A stretch of 11,802 nucleotides of DNA, taken from assembly GCA_037443365.1 (NCBI GenBank), contig JBBIOM010000030.1, positions 1 to 11,802 on the forward strand. The letters are read 5' to 3'. Of the stretch, positions 1-11,802 are shown one piece after another. Every line of letters starts with the position of its first letter. Within the stretch, counting starts at the first letter, position 1. The notes beneath the pieces are model-generated. The model was not told the DNA's origin. It saw only the letters and a list, made by a program, of their open reading frames with translations, and made no database searches. This stretch comes from Armatimonadota bacterium. GTDB lineage: Bacteria; Sysuimicrobiota; Sysuimicrobiia; Sysuimicrobiales; Humicultoraceae. The position numbers and the translations under genes were made by a program.

Positions 1-1218
<1,218 letters not shown>

Positions 1219-1227
1219 CGTCCGTGA

Positions 1228-1235
1228 CTCCTCTC
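1228..1235 (-). promoter_or_regulatory. Shine-Dalgarno site of tuf (GAGAGGAG)
   Basis: Plus-strand ctcctctc, 9 nt upstream of the ATG at 1218. Confidence 0.8.
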
Positions 1236-1276
1236 AATGGCGCGGCCGCAAGAGCGGCGGCCGGTCAGGTCAGGTA

Positions 1277-1352
1277 TGGAGCCCACGACCGGATTCGAAC
1301 CGGTGACCTTGTCCTTACCAAGGACACGCTCTGCCGCCTGAGCTACGTGGGC
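1277..1352 (-). tRNA. tRNA-Thr(GGT), 76 nt, encoded CCA
   Basis: Reverse complement GCCCACGTAGCTCAGGCGGCAGAGCGTGTCCTTGGTAAGGACAAGGTCACCGGTTCGAATCCGGTCGTGGGCTCCA. Acceptor stem GCCCACG/CGTGGGC, anticodon arm TGTCC-TTGGTAA-GGACA, T-loop TTCGAAT. Confidence 0.97.
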
Positions 1353-1364
1353 TCGTCCTCGCGT

Positions 1365-1392
1365 ATTATAGCAGAGGCAAAACGACCGTCAA
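1365..1392 (-). promoter_or_regulatory. Sigma70-type promoter for tRNA-Thr-tuf
   Basis: Minus strand TTGACG (1392-1387), 16 nt spacer, TATAAT (1370-1365), with an extended -10 TGn (TGC-TATAAT). It lies 12 nt upstream of the mature tRNA. Confidence 0.85.
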
Positions 1393-1445
1393 CGCGCGCA
1401 GGACGCGCCGTGCGGCCGTCGAATCCCTTTCCCGGAGGGTTCTTG

Positions 1446-1514
1446 ATGGACGCGATCTTCTGGCTGCTGACAGGTCTGATTCTCTACCTGCTGTTCTTCC
1501 GTCCACCAGGATAG
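1446..1514 (+). CDS. Putative 22-aa single-pass membrane micropeptide MDAIFWLLTGLILYLLFFRPPG
   Basis: GGAGG at 1434-1438, 7 nt before ATG 1446. A 16-residue uncharged hydrophobic run is followed by RPPG, then TAG at 1512-1514. It occupies otherwise empty intergenic space. Confidence 0.5.
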   Translation: MDAIFWLLTGLILYLLFFRPPG

Positions 1515-1526
1515 CGTCCGCAGGGC

Positions 1527-1559
1527 GAAGAGGAAGCGCGCCGGCCTGTGCCGGCGCGC
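1527..1559 (-). terminator. Hairpin, probable terminator of the Gly-Cys-Leu tRNA operon
   Basis: Perfect 10-bp stem GCGCGCCGGC (1536-1545) / GCCGGCGCGC (1550-1559) with a 4-nt loop, 7 nt past the tRNA-Leu CCA. Followed on the minus strand by pyrimidine-rich TTCCTCTTC (imperfect U tract). Confidence 0.65.
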
Positions 1560-1566
1560 GCCTGAC

Positions 1567-1653
1567 TGGTGGGCGGGGAGGGAGTCGAACCCCCATGGGC
1601 GCTCAGCCCGGAGGAGTTTAAGTCCTCTGCGTCTGCCGTTCCGCCACCCGCCC
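1567..1653 (-). tRNA. tRNA-Leu(TAA), 87 nt, long variable arm, encoded CCA
   Basis: Reverse complement GGGCGGGTGGCGGAACGGCAGACGCAGAGGACTTAAACTCCTCCGGGCTGAGCGCCCATGGGGGTTCGACTCCCTCCCCGCCCACCA. Anticodon arm GAGGA-CTTAAAC-TCCTC, discriminator A. Confidence 0.95.
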
Positions 1654-1704
1654 GCACCGGCAGCGCCGAACTCGAATGCGGTGGATCCGACGGGCCTGTC
1701 GAAG

Positions 1705-1779
1705 TGGAGGCGGCGGCCGGATTCGAACCGGCGCGTGGGGGTTTTGCAGACCCCTGCCTTGCCTCTTGGCTACGCCGCC
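1705..1779 (-). tRNA. tRNA-Cys(GCA), 75 nt, encoded CCA
   Basis: Reverse complement GGCGGCGTAGCCAAGAGGCAAGGCAGGGGTCTGCAAAACCCCCACGCGCCGGTTCGAATCCGGCCGCCGCCTCCA. Anticodon arm GGGGT-CTGCAAA-ACCCC, discriminator U. Confidence 0.96.
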
Positions 1780-1808
1780 TCAGCTGGCAGATGCCAGACG
1801 TGCCATCC

Positions 1809-1883
1809 TGGAGCGGGAGATGGGATTTGAACCCACGACCTTCTCCTTGGCAAGGAGACGCTCTACCCCTGAGCTACTCCCGC
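1809..1883 (-). tRNA. tRNA-Gly(GCC), 75 nt, encoded CCA
   Basis: Reverse complement GCGGGAGTAGCTCAGGGGTAGAGCGTCTCCTTGCCAAGGAGAAGGTCGTGGGTTCAAATCCCATCTCCCGCTCCA. Anticodon arm TCTCC-TTGCCAA-GGAGA. Confidence 0.97.
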
Positions 1884-1903
1884 CCGCGCTCAGACGCACC
1901 CCG

Positions 1904-1932
1904 ATTATAGCCACGCCCGCTCGCTAAGTCCA
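1904..1932 (-). promoter_or_regulatory. Promoter for the tRNA Gly-Cys-Leu operon
   Basis: Perfect TATAAT (1909-1904) in a very GC-rich context, followed by a GC-rich discriminator. Candidate -35 TGGACT (1932-1927) at 17 nt spacing, inside the last codons of the permease gene. Confidence 0.7.
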
Positions 1933-3006
1933 GAACCGACGGCGCTCGCGCAACAGCACGAGCAGGAAGAACGGCGCGCCCAGCGCAGCGGTCAGGATGC
2001 CCACCGGCAGCTCCGATCCGGCCACCGCGGAGCGGGCGGCCACGTCCGCCAGGACGAGGAGCACCGCGCCTCCCAGCGCAGAGGCGGGCACGAGCCGCCT
2101 GTGGTCGGGCCCCACCAGGAGGCGCAGCAGGTGTGGCACGATCAGGCCCACGAACCCGATCAGGCCTGCGGCGGCCACGGCCGCGGCGGCCATCATCGCG
2201 CCGGCGGCCACGAGCAGCCGTCGGGTTCTCGGCACGTCCACGCCCATGGAGCGGGCCGTCTCATCACCCAGCAGCAGCGCGTTCAGGTCTCGCCCGTAGA
2301 GCCAGGCGATCCCCAGGCCCACGACCACCGGAGGGGCCGACATCCACAGGTGGGGCCATCCACGGCCCGAGAAGCCGCCCATCAGCCAGAACACGACGCG
2401 CTGCAGGCTCTCTCCCCCTGCCAGCTGCAGCCACGAGATGACCGCGGCCAGGAACGCGCTCACGGCTATCCCGGCCAGCAGCAGCTCCTCCACAGGCGCG
2501 TCGTTTCCGCGCCGCGCCAGCGTGTACACGAGCGTGGTGGCTCCCACGGCGCCGGCGAAGGCCAGCAGCGGCGTCGCGACGATGCCGAGCGAGCCTGCGG
2601 CCAGACCCGTCGTGAGCGCCAGGGTGGCGCCGAAGGCCGCGCCGGCCGAGACCCCAATGATATAGGGATCCGCCAGCGGGTTGCGCAGCAGTCCTTGGAA
2701 GACGGCGCCCGCGCCAGCCAGCGCTGCGCCCACGGTCAGGGCGAGCAGTGCGCGCGGAAGCCGCAGGTCCAGCACGATGGCGACGGTGGCGTCAGGCCAG
2801 CCCGCCACGGTCGGCAGGCCCAGGCGTTCGAGCAGCACGCCCAGGACGGCCCGCAGCGGAATGCGCGCAGGACCGGTGGCCACGGACAGGCACACCGCTC
2901 CCAGCAGCGCCAGCCCCAGGACTGGCTCGAGCGCCGGACGCGTCCTGGGCAGCGGAGCGGGGATCGGCTCGCCGGAGCGCACGCTTGGGCGCGGCCGGGC
3001 GTTCAC
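1924..3006 (-). CDS. BtuC/FecCD/HmuU-family ABC importer permease (cobalamin, iron-siderophore or heme)
   Basis: Family motifs LRLPRALLALTVGAALAGAGAVFQGLLRNPLADPYIIGVSAGA, LGDETARSMGVD, IGFVGLIVPHLLR and ELPVGILTAALGAPFFL, with multiple TM segments. Start uncertain: GTG at 3006 (GTGA overlap with the upstream stop) is preferred, GTG at 3015 is possible. Confidence 0.93.
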   Translation of the reverse strand: MNARPRPSVRSGEPIPAPLPRTRPALEPVLGLALLGAVCLSVATGPARIPLRAVLGVLLERLGLPTVAGWPDATVAIVLDLRLPRALLALTVGAALAGAGAVFQGLLRNPLADPYIIGVSAGAAFGATLALTTGLAAGSLGIVATPLLAFAGAVGATTLVYTLARRGNDAPVEELLLAGIAVSAFLAAVISWLQLAGGESLQRVVFWLMGGFSGRGWPHLWMSAPPVVVGLGIAWLYGRDLNALLLGDETARSMGVDVPRTRRLLVAAGAMMAAAAVAAAGLIGFVGLIVPHLLRLLVGPDHRRLVPASALGGAVLLVLADVAARSAVAGSELPVGILTAALGAPFFLLVLLRERRRFWT

Positions 3007-3812
3007 GGCGCCCACGCGGGCTGGTCAGCGGCCAACAGGGAGCGCCCGGTCAGCGCCAGGAAGACCGCCTCGAGTGTGGGGGCACCGCCGGTCTGGGTGT
3101 CGGTCCGAAGACGGGCCTTCAGCGCCTCGGGCCGCTCACTCGCGATCAGGCGCCCCCCATCCAGGATCGCCACGGTTCCGCAGATCCGGTCGGCCTCTTC
3201 CATGTTGTGGGTTGCGAGAAGGACCGTGTGCCCTCCCTCGCGGGCCAGCGCCACCAGCAGGGCGCGGATCTCGAGAGCGGCCTGCGGGTCCAATCCAGCG
3301 GTCGGCTCATCCAGGACCAGCAGCGCCGGGTTCCCCACCAGCGCGCGCGCGAGGGCCAGGCGATGGCGCATGCCGCTGCTGTAGCGCTCTACCAGGTCGT
3401 CCGCGCGCTCGGACAGCGCCACCATGCGCAGCAGCTCGTCCGCGCGGCGCGCCGCGACCCGACTCGGCAGGTCGTGTAGCGCCGCGGCGTACAGGAGGTT
3501 CTCGCGCCCGGTGAGGCGCCAGTAGACCGACCGCTCGCCTCCCAGCACGACCCCGATGCGGCGGCGGATGGTCTCGGGATGGCGCCGCGTGTCACTGCCC
3601 AGCACGGCGACGCGGCCGCGCGAGGGCAGCAGCAGGGTGCAAACCAGGCGCAACAGCGTGGTCTTGCCTGCGCCGTTGGGGCCCAGCAGGCCGAAGATCC
3701 CTCCGGCGGCCACCGTGAGGTTGACCGCATCCAGCGCCACGATGTCGCGCGCCCGGTCTCGGCTTTGCGAGCGGAAGCGGCGCGTCACGCGCTCGAGCGC
3801 TACCGCGGGCAT
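3003..3812 (-). CDS. ABC transporter ATP-binding protein, ABC-2/DrrA-like exporter subfamily (269 aa)
   Basis: Walker A GPNGAGKTT, signature YSSGMRHRL, Walker B/D-loop LLVLDEPTAGLDP, H-loop ATHNMEEADRIC. The true start is ATG 3812 (MPAVALERV), overlapping the upstream stop as TGATG. The extra 114 aa in the ORF track is a shadow of the upstream gene. Confidence 0.93.
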   Translation of the reverse strand: MPAVALERVTRRFRSQSRDRARDIVALDAVNLTVAAGGIFGLLGPNGAGKTTLLRLVCTLLLPSRGRVAVLGSDTRRHPETIRRRIGVVLGGERSVYWRLTGRENLLYAAALHDLPSRVAARRADELLRMVALSERADDLVERYSSGMRHRLALARALVGNPALLVLDEPTAGLDPQAALEIRALLVALAREGGHTVLLATHNMEEADRICGTVAILDGGRLIASERPEALKARLRTDTQTGGAPTLEAVFLALTGRSLLAADQPAWAP

Positions 3813-4495
3813 CAAGGGCAAGGAAGCGCCCCCTCGGATTCGAGCAGGCGGCGCTTGAGGGCGACGCCGCCAGTCAACGAGTATCCGCCCAGGCCGCCGT
3901 CGCTGCGCACCACGCGGTGGCACGGGATGAGCAGCGGCACCGGGTTGCGGGCGCAGGCGGCCCCCACGGCGCGTGCCGCGCCGGGTTGCCCTATCGCACG
4001 CGCGATCTCGCCGTAGGTCCTCAACTGCCCCAGGGGAATACGGCGCAGGGCCGCGAGAACCTCTCGCTCGAACGCTCCTGCCCGGGCCAGATCCACGGGC
4101 CCGTCGAAAGCCCGGCGGGCCTTCACCGCTCCATCCACGGCCCTGGCCAGCCATCGGGGCGCACCAGAGCGCGGCACCGGCATCCCGAGGTAGCGCGCGG
4201 CGTGCCGCTCGAACTCCCCGGGAGTCGAGGCGATCCTGGCGAAGGCCGGCCCATGGCGCCCGAACGCCACGTGGAACTGCCCGAAGGGTAGCCCGAAGGA
4301 AGCGTAGGAGTACCGCTCCCCGGTCACGCGTGCGGCCGCGCGGTGCAGCAGGCCGGTAAGGTCATCCCCCTCGATGCCCACGAGCGAGGCCACGGGTCGG
4401 CCGTGGCGCGTGATCACCACCGGCACCCCTGATTGCGCCGTGCGCAGCACCTCGCTCGTCTTGTTCTTCAGATCGGCGGTGGACACGAACCTCAT
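3812..4495 (-). CDS. ogt: Fusion of a Phd/YefM-family antitoxin-like DNA-binding domain and a methylated-DNA-protein-cysteine methyltransferase (Ogt/MGMT), 227 aa
   Basis: aa 1-42 MRFVSTADLKNKTSEVLRTAQSGVPVVITRHGRPVASLVGIE fits the Phd/YefM pattern. From about aa 60 an Ogt-like N-terminal domain (YASFGLPFGQFHVAFGRHG). C-terminal RIPLGQLRTYGEIA...AARAVGAACARNPVPLLIPCHRVV...GGYS...KRRLLESE with the active-site PCHR. SD GAGGTG at 4505-4500. Confidence 0.92.
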   Translation of the reverse strand: MRFVSTADLKNKTSEVLRTAQSGVPVVITRHGRPVASLVGIEGDDLTGLLHRAAARVTGERYSYASFGLPFGQFHVAFGRHGPAFARIASTPGEFERHAARYLGMPVPRSGAPRWLARAVDGAVKARRAFDGPVDLARAGAFEREVLAALRRIPLGQLRTYGEIARAIGQPGAARAVGAACARNPVPLLIPCHRVVRSDGGLGGYSLTGGVALKRRLLESEGALPCP

Positions 4496-4504
4496 CCCGC
4501 ACCT

Positions 4505-4532
4505 CTATATAGCGTGAATTGTGGCTATATAG
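4505..4532. promoter_or_regulatory. Putative operator: two CTATATAG palindromes forming a 28-bp inverted repeat
   Basis: CTATATAGC-GTGAATTGTG-GCTATATAG: identical 8-bp palindromes at 4505-4512 and 4525-4532, 9-bp perfect outer arms and a central AATT. It overlaps the -10 box and abuts the SD. Confidence 0.7.
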
Positions 4533-6432
4533 TATCACCTGCGGACGAGCCGTCAAGGGGGTCGGGGGGCACCGGGCCGGCCAGGTGCGCCCTCACGCGC
4601 GCGGCCAGGCGCTCACCCAGCACCTCGGCCAGCGCCTCCTGCGGGGCGGCCCGCACGCCGCGTACCGACCCGAACCGGCGTATCAGGTCCCGCTTGCGCC
4701 GCTCTCCGATCCCGGGGATATCGTCGAGGACAGAGAACACGATCCGCCGCTCCCGGAGACGGCGGCCCGCGGCGTTCGCGAAGCGGTGGGCCTCGTCGCG
4801 CAGGCGCCGGACCAGGCTCAGGGCCTGCGAGTCGTCGGGGAGGCGCAGCGGCTGGGGGCGGCCCGGCGAGTAGATCTCCTCGTGCTCCTTGGCCAGTCCC
4901 ACCACCGGGACCGATACGTTGTGCTCGAACAGCACCTCCATCGCGGCGCCCAGCTGCCCGCGTCCGCCGTCCACCAGGATCAGGTCGGGCAGGACCGACC
5001 ACCGGGGGCGGGCCGGCTCGCCGCGGTCGAGCTGCTCCTGCTCGACCCGGGCCCGGGTGAAGCGGCGCCGGACCGCCTCCTGCAGCATCGCGTAATCGTC
5101 GCCCTCGCCCGACGCGCGCATCCTGAACTGCCGGTAGTCCGCCTTGCGCGGCCGGCCGCCCTCGAACACCACGAGCGAGGCGATCGCCTCGCCGCCCTGG
5201 AAGTGGCTGATGTCGTAGCCCTCGATGCGGAAGGGTGCGGCCTCGAGCCCGAGCGCCTCCTGCAGCTCGGCCACGCCGACGCCGGACGGCCCCAGCGTTC
5301 GGGCGCGCGCCTGCTGCAGGCAGAGCGCGGCGTTCTCACGGGCCAGCTCGACCAGGCGCCGACGGTCGCCCCGCCTGGGCACCTCCACCGCCACCCGGCT
5401 GCCCCGCCTCGTGCTCAGCCACTCCTGGAGCGCGCGGCGTCCGTCGGGCTCCACATCCACGAGCAGTTCGCGCGGCAGGTCGGGCAGGTCGCTGTACCGC
5501 GCTGCCAGGGCCTGCGCCAAGATCTCGCCCGGCTCCATTCCCCGGGCGTTGGAGACCATCACGTGCTCCTGGTCCTGAACGCGCCCGGCACGGATGGTGA
5601 CGATCTGGACGCAGGCCTGATCGCCCGACTGTGCCACGGCGGCCACGTCGCGGTCCTCGAGCCCTGATGTTGCGATGCGCTGCCGCTCGCCGATCGCCTC
5701 CAGGGCCCCAATCCGATCGCGCAGCTGGGCCGCCTTCTCGAACTCCAGGGCGTCCGAGGCCGCGGCCATCTGGGCGCGCAGGTCGTCGAGCAGGTGGTCA
5801 CGCCGCCCCTCAAGGAAGAGGGCGGCCTGTCGCGCCTGCTCCGCGTACTCCTCGGGCGTGGCCCCCCAGGCGACGCAGGGCGCGCTGCACAGCCCCATGG
5901 AGTGATCGAGGCAGGGCCGCGCAAGCGAGCGCGTGATCTCGAGCGAGCAGGTCCGCAGCCGGAACAGGCGGCGCACCGAGCGGATCGTGCGACCGATCAG
6001 CTTGGGCTCGTGGTAGGGATAGGGGCCGAAGTACCGCCCTCCGTCGCGCGCCACCTTCCGGGTCATCAAGATCCTGGGATAGGCCTCGCCGGTCAGCTTG
6101 ACGTACGGATACGCCTTGTCGTCGGCCATGCGTACGTTGAACGGCGGCTGGTGCTGCTTGATCAGGTTGGTCTCGAGGATGAGGGCCTCCACCTCGTTTG
6201 CCGTGACGATCGTGTCCACGGAGGCGATCCTGGGGAGAAGCAGGCCCAGCCGTGGGTTGGCCTGGGCTCGGGGCACCTGGGCGTACTGCCTGACGCGCGC
6301 GCGCAGCGACCTGGCCTTCCCCACGTACAGCACGCGGCCGCCGCTGTCCCGGAGGAGGTAGACGCCGGGCCGCCTGGGCAGGAGCCGGACCGTGGCCAGC
6401 AACGGATCGGAAGGCGGCACGCGGTCCGGCAA
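4525..6432 (-). CDS. uvrC: Excinuclease ABC subunit C
   Basis: GIY-YIG domain (PGVYLLRD...VLYVGKARSLRARVRQY), four-Cys region (RTC...RPCLDHSMGLCSAPC), UVR coiled coil (LEFEKAAQLRDRI), RNase H-like domain (RIEGYDISH, DDYAM, PDLILVDGGRGQL, RDEAHRFA) and HhH (LDDIPGIGE). TTG start, exact start uncertain. Confidence 0.97.
   Translation of the reverse strand: MPDRVPPSDPLLATVRLLPRRPGVYLLRDSGGRVLYVGKARSLRARVRQYAQVPRAQANPRLGLLLPRIASVDTIVTANEVEALILETNLIKQHQPPFNVRMADDKAYPYVKLTGEAYPRILMTRKVARDGGRYFGPYPYHEPKLIGRTIRSVRRLFRLRTCSLEITRSLARPCLDHSMGLCSAPCVAWGATPEEYAEQARQAALFLEGRRDHLLDDLRAQMAAASDALEFEKAAQLRDRIGALEAIGERQRIATSGLEDRDVAAVAQSGDQACVQIVTIRAGRVQDQEHVMVSNARGMEPGEILAQALAARYSDLPDLPRELLVDVEPDGRRALQEWLSTRRGSRVAVEVPRRGDRRRLVELARENAALCLQQARARTLGPSGVGVAELQEALGLEAAPFRIEGYDISHFQGGEAIASLVVFEGGRPRKADYRQFRMRASGEGDDYAMLQEAVRRRFTRARVEQEQLDRGEPARPRWSVLPDLILVDGGRGQLGAAMEVLFEHNVSVPVVGLAKEHEEIYSPGRPQPLRLPDDSQALSLVRRLRDEAHRFANAAGRRLRERRIVFSVLDDIPGIGERRKRDLIRRFGSVRGVRAAPQEALAEVLGERLAARVRAHLAGPVPPDPLDGSSAGDTI
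4529..4556 (-). promoter_or_regulatory. Internal promoter for the Phd-Ogt / ABC unit, within the 3' end of uvrC
   Basis: Minus strand TTGACG (4556-4551), 16 nt spacer ending TGA, TACTAT (4534-4529). Same -35 hexamer, spacing and TGn extension as the tRNA-Thr-tuf promoter. Confidence 0.72.
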
Positions 6433-6440
6433 CGGGGTCC

Positions 6441-11430
<4,990 letters not shown>

Positions 11431-11445
11431 ACGAATAGTATATCA
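11431..11445 (-). promoter_or_regulatory. Extended -10 promoter, probably giving a leaderless uvrB transcript
   Basis: Minus strand TG-A-TATACT (11445-11437), then ATTCGT, then the ATG at 11430. No SD and no good -35. Confidence 0.7.
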
Positions 11446-11482
11446 AGGGGGGCGGGACTCGTTCCACGGTCCCTTGTCATGC

Positions 11483-11507
11483 CTGGGGGCGACCCGGCCG
11501 CCCCCAG
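11483..11507. terminator. GC-rich hairpin downstream of the last ORF, possible terminator
   Basis: 9-bp perfect stem CTGGGGGCG / CGCCCCCAG with a 7-nt loop, 16 nt after the stop at 11524. No U tract. Confidence 0.4.
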
Positions 11508-11523
11508 CCACGTGCTAGGTGTG

Positions 11524-11802
11524 CTAATCCCCTACCGTGACCACCACACGGGCCGGCCTTGACTCGACGCCTCCGGCGCCAACGGCCACCGCCGTGATGG
11601 TCAGCCGGTCACCCGCACGCGGTGGGGGCGCCAGCTGCACGCGCGCCTCCCAGGCGCCCTGGCCGGATGCGGGCACGTTGAACGGACCGATCAACACCAC
11701 GTGACCATCGGCCCTGCCGCGCGCGTGCTCTACGGTGATCCTCACCTGCGCGGCCCCGACCGCGGTCCCACGGATCAGCAGGGGCGAGGCGATGGCGTCC
11801 CC
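11524..11802 (-). CDS. 3' part of a hypothetical protein with a probable C-terminal Ig-like beta-sandwich (5'-truncated by the window)
   Basis: The frame is open to the window edge: GDAIASPLLIRGTAVGAAQVRITVEH...GAWEARVQL...GDRLTITAVAVGAGGVESRPARVVVTVGD*. Alternating beta-strand pattern typical of bacterial Ig-like domains. Confidence 0.7.
   Translation of the reverse strand, partial: GDAIASPLLIRGTAVGAAQVRITVEHARGRADGHVVLIGPFNVPASGQGAWEARVQLAPPPRAGDRLTITAVAVGAGGVESRPARVVVTVGD

Noticed and set aside
1567-1653. bldA-like regulatory role for tRNA-Leu(UAA) in a GC-rich genome
   Set aside because: The tRNA sits in an ordinary Gly-Cys-Leu operon, and nothing in the window supports regulatory use.
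1277-1883. Integrative element or prophage at the tRNA genes
   Set aside because: No integrase and no duplicated tRNA 3' end (att site) were seen in the window.
1224-1927. ORFs 1224-1514 (full length), 1366-1596, 1569-1910 and 1676-1927
   Set aside because: They overlap tRNA genes or their promoter and terminator. Only the 1446-1514 portion has an SD and a plausible product.
3813-4154. 114-aa N-terminal extension of the ABC ATPase in the ORF track
   Set aside because: It is Arg/Gly/Pro-rich out-of-frame overlap with ogt. The TGATG-coupled ATG at 3812 gives a normal-length ATPase.
3812-4495. Canonical type II toxin-antitoxin pair, or a catalytically dead ATL protein
   Set aside because: There is no adjacent toxin ORF, and the active site is PCHR with Cys rather than the PWHR/PAHR of ATL proteins.
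3007-4560. Cobalamin riboswitch or Fur box controlling the BtuC/FecCD permease
   Set aside because: There is no intergenic space for a riboswitch and no B12-box seen. The 4505-4532 palindrome does not match the GATAATGATAATCATTATC Fur consensus, though another metalloregulator cannot be excluded.
11432-11466. Possible LexA/SOS box (CGAATAGTATATC; GGGACTCGTTCC) upstream of uvrB
   Set aside because: Too many mismatches, or wrong spacing, relative to GAAC-N4-GTTC.

Overview
GC-rich bacterial chromosomal region with almost all genes on the minus strand. In transcription order (right to left): the 3' end of an Ig-fold-like protein gene; a contiguous uvrB-uvrA-uvrC nucleotide excision repair operon whose first gene appears leaderless; a gene fusing an N-terminal Phd/YefM (antitoxin-type) DNA-binding domain to a complete O6-alkylguanine-DNA alkyltransferase with an intact PCHR active site; a translationally coupled exporter-type ABC ATPase and BtuC/FecCD importer-type permease; a tRNA-Gly(GCC)-Cys(GCA)-Leu(TAA) operon with promoter and terminator hairpin; and a tRNA-Thr(GGT)-tuf unit with a near-consensus promoter. 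The most interesting signal is the Phd-Ogt fusion. It has its own internal promoter, overlapped by two identical 8-bp palindromes (CTATATAG) 20 bp apart, which suggests an autoregulated and possibly alkylation-sensing repair module. Other oddities are a 22-codon hydrophobic small ORF with a strong SD between tRNA genes, strongly G-ending codon usage confined to tuf, and the mismatch between the ATPase and permease families. All calls come from motif recognition by eye; no database searches were run.
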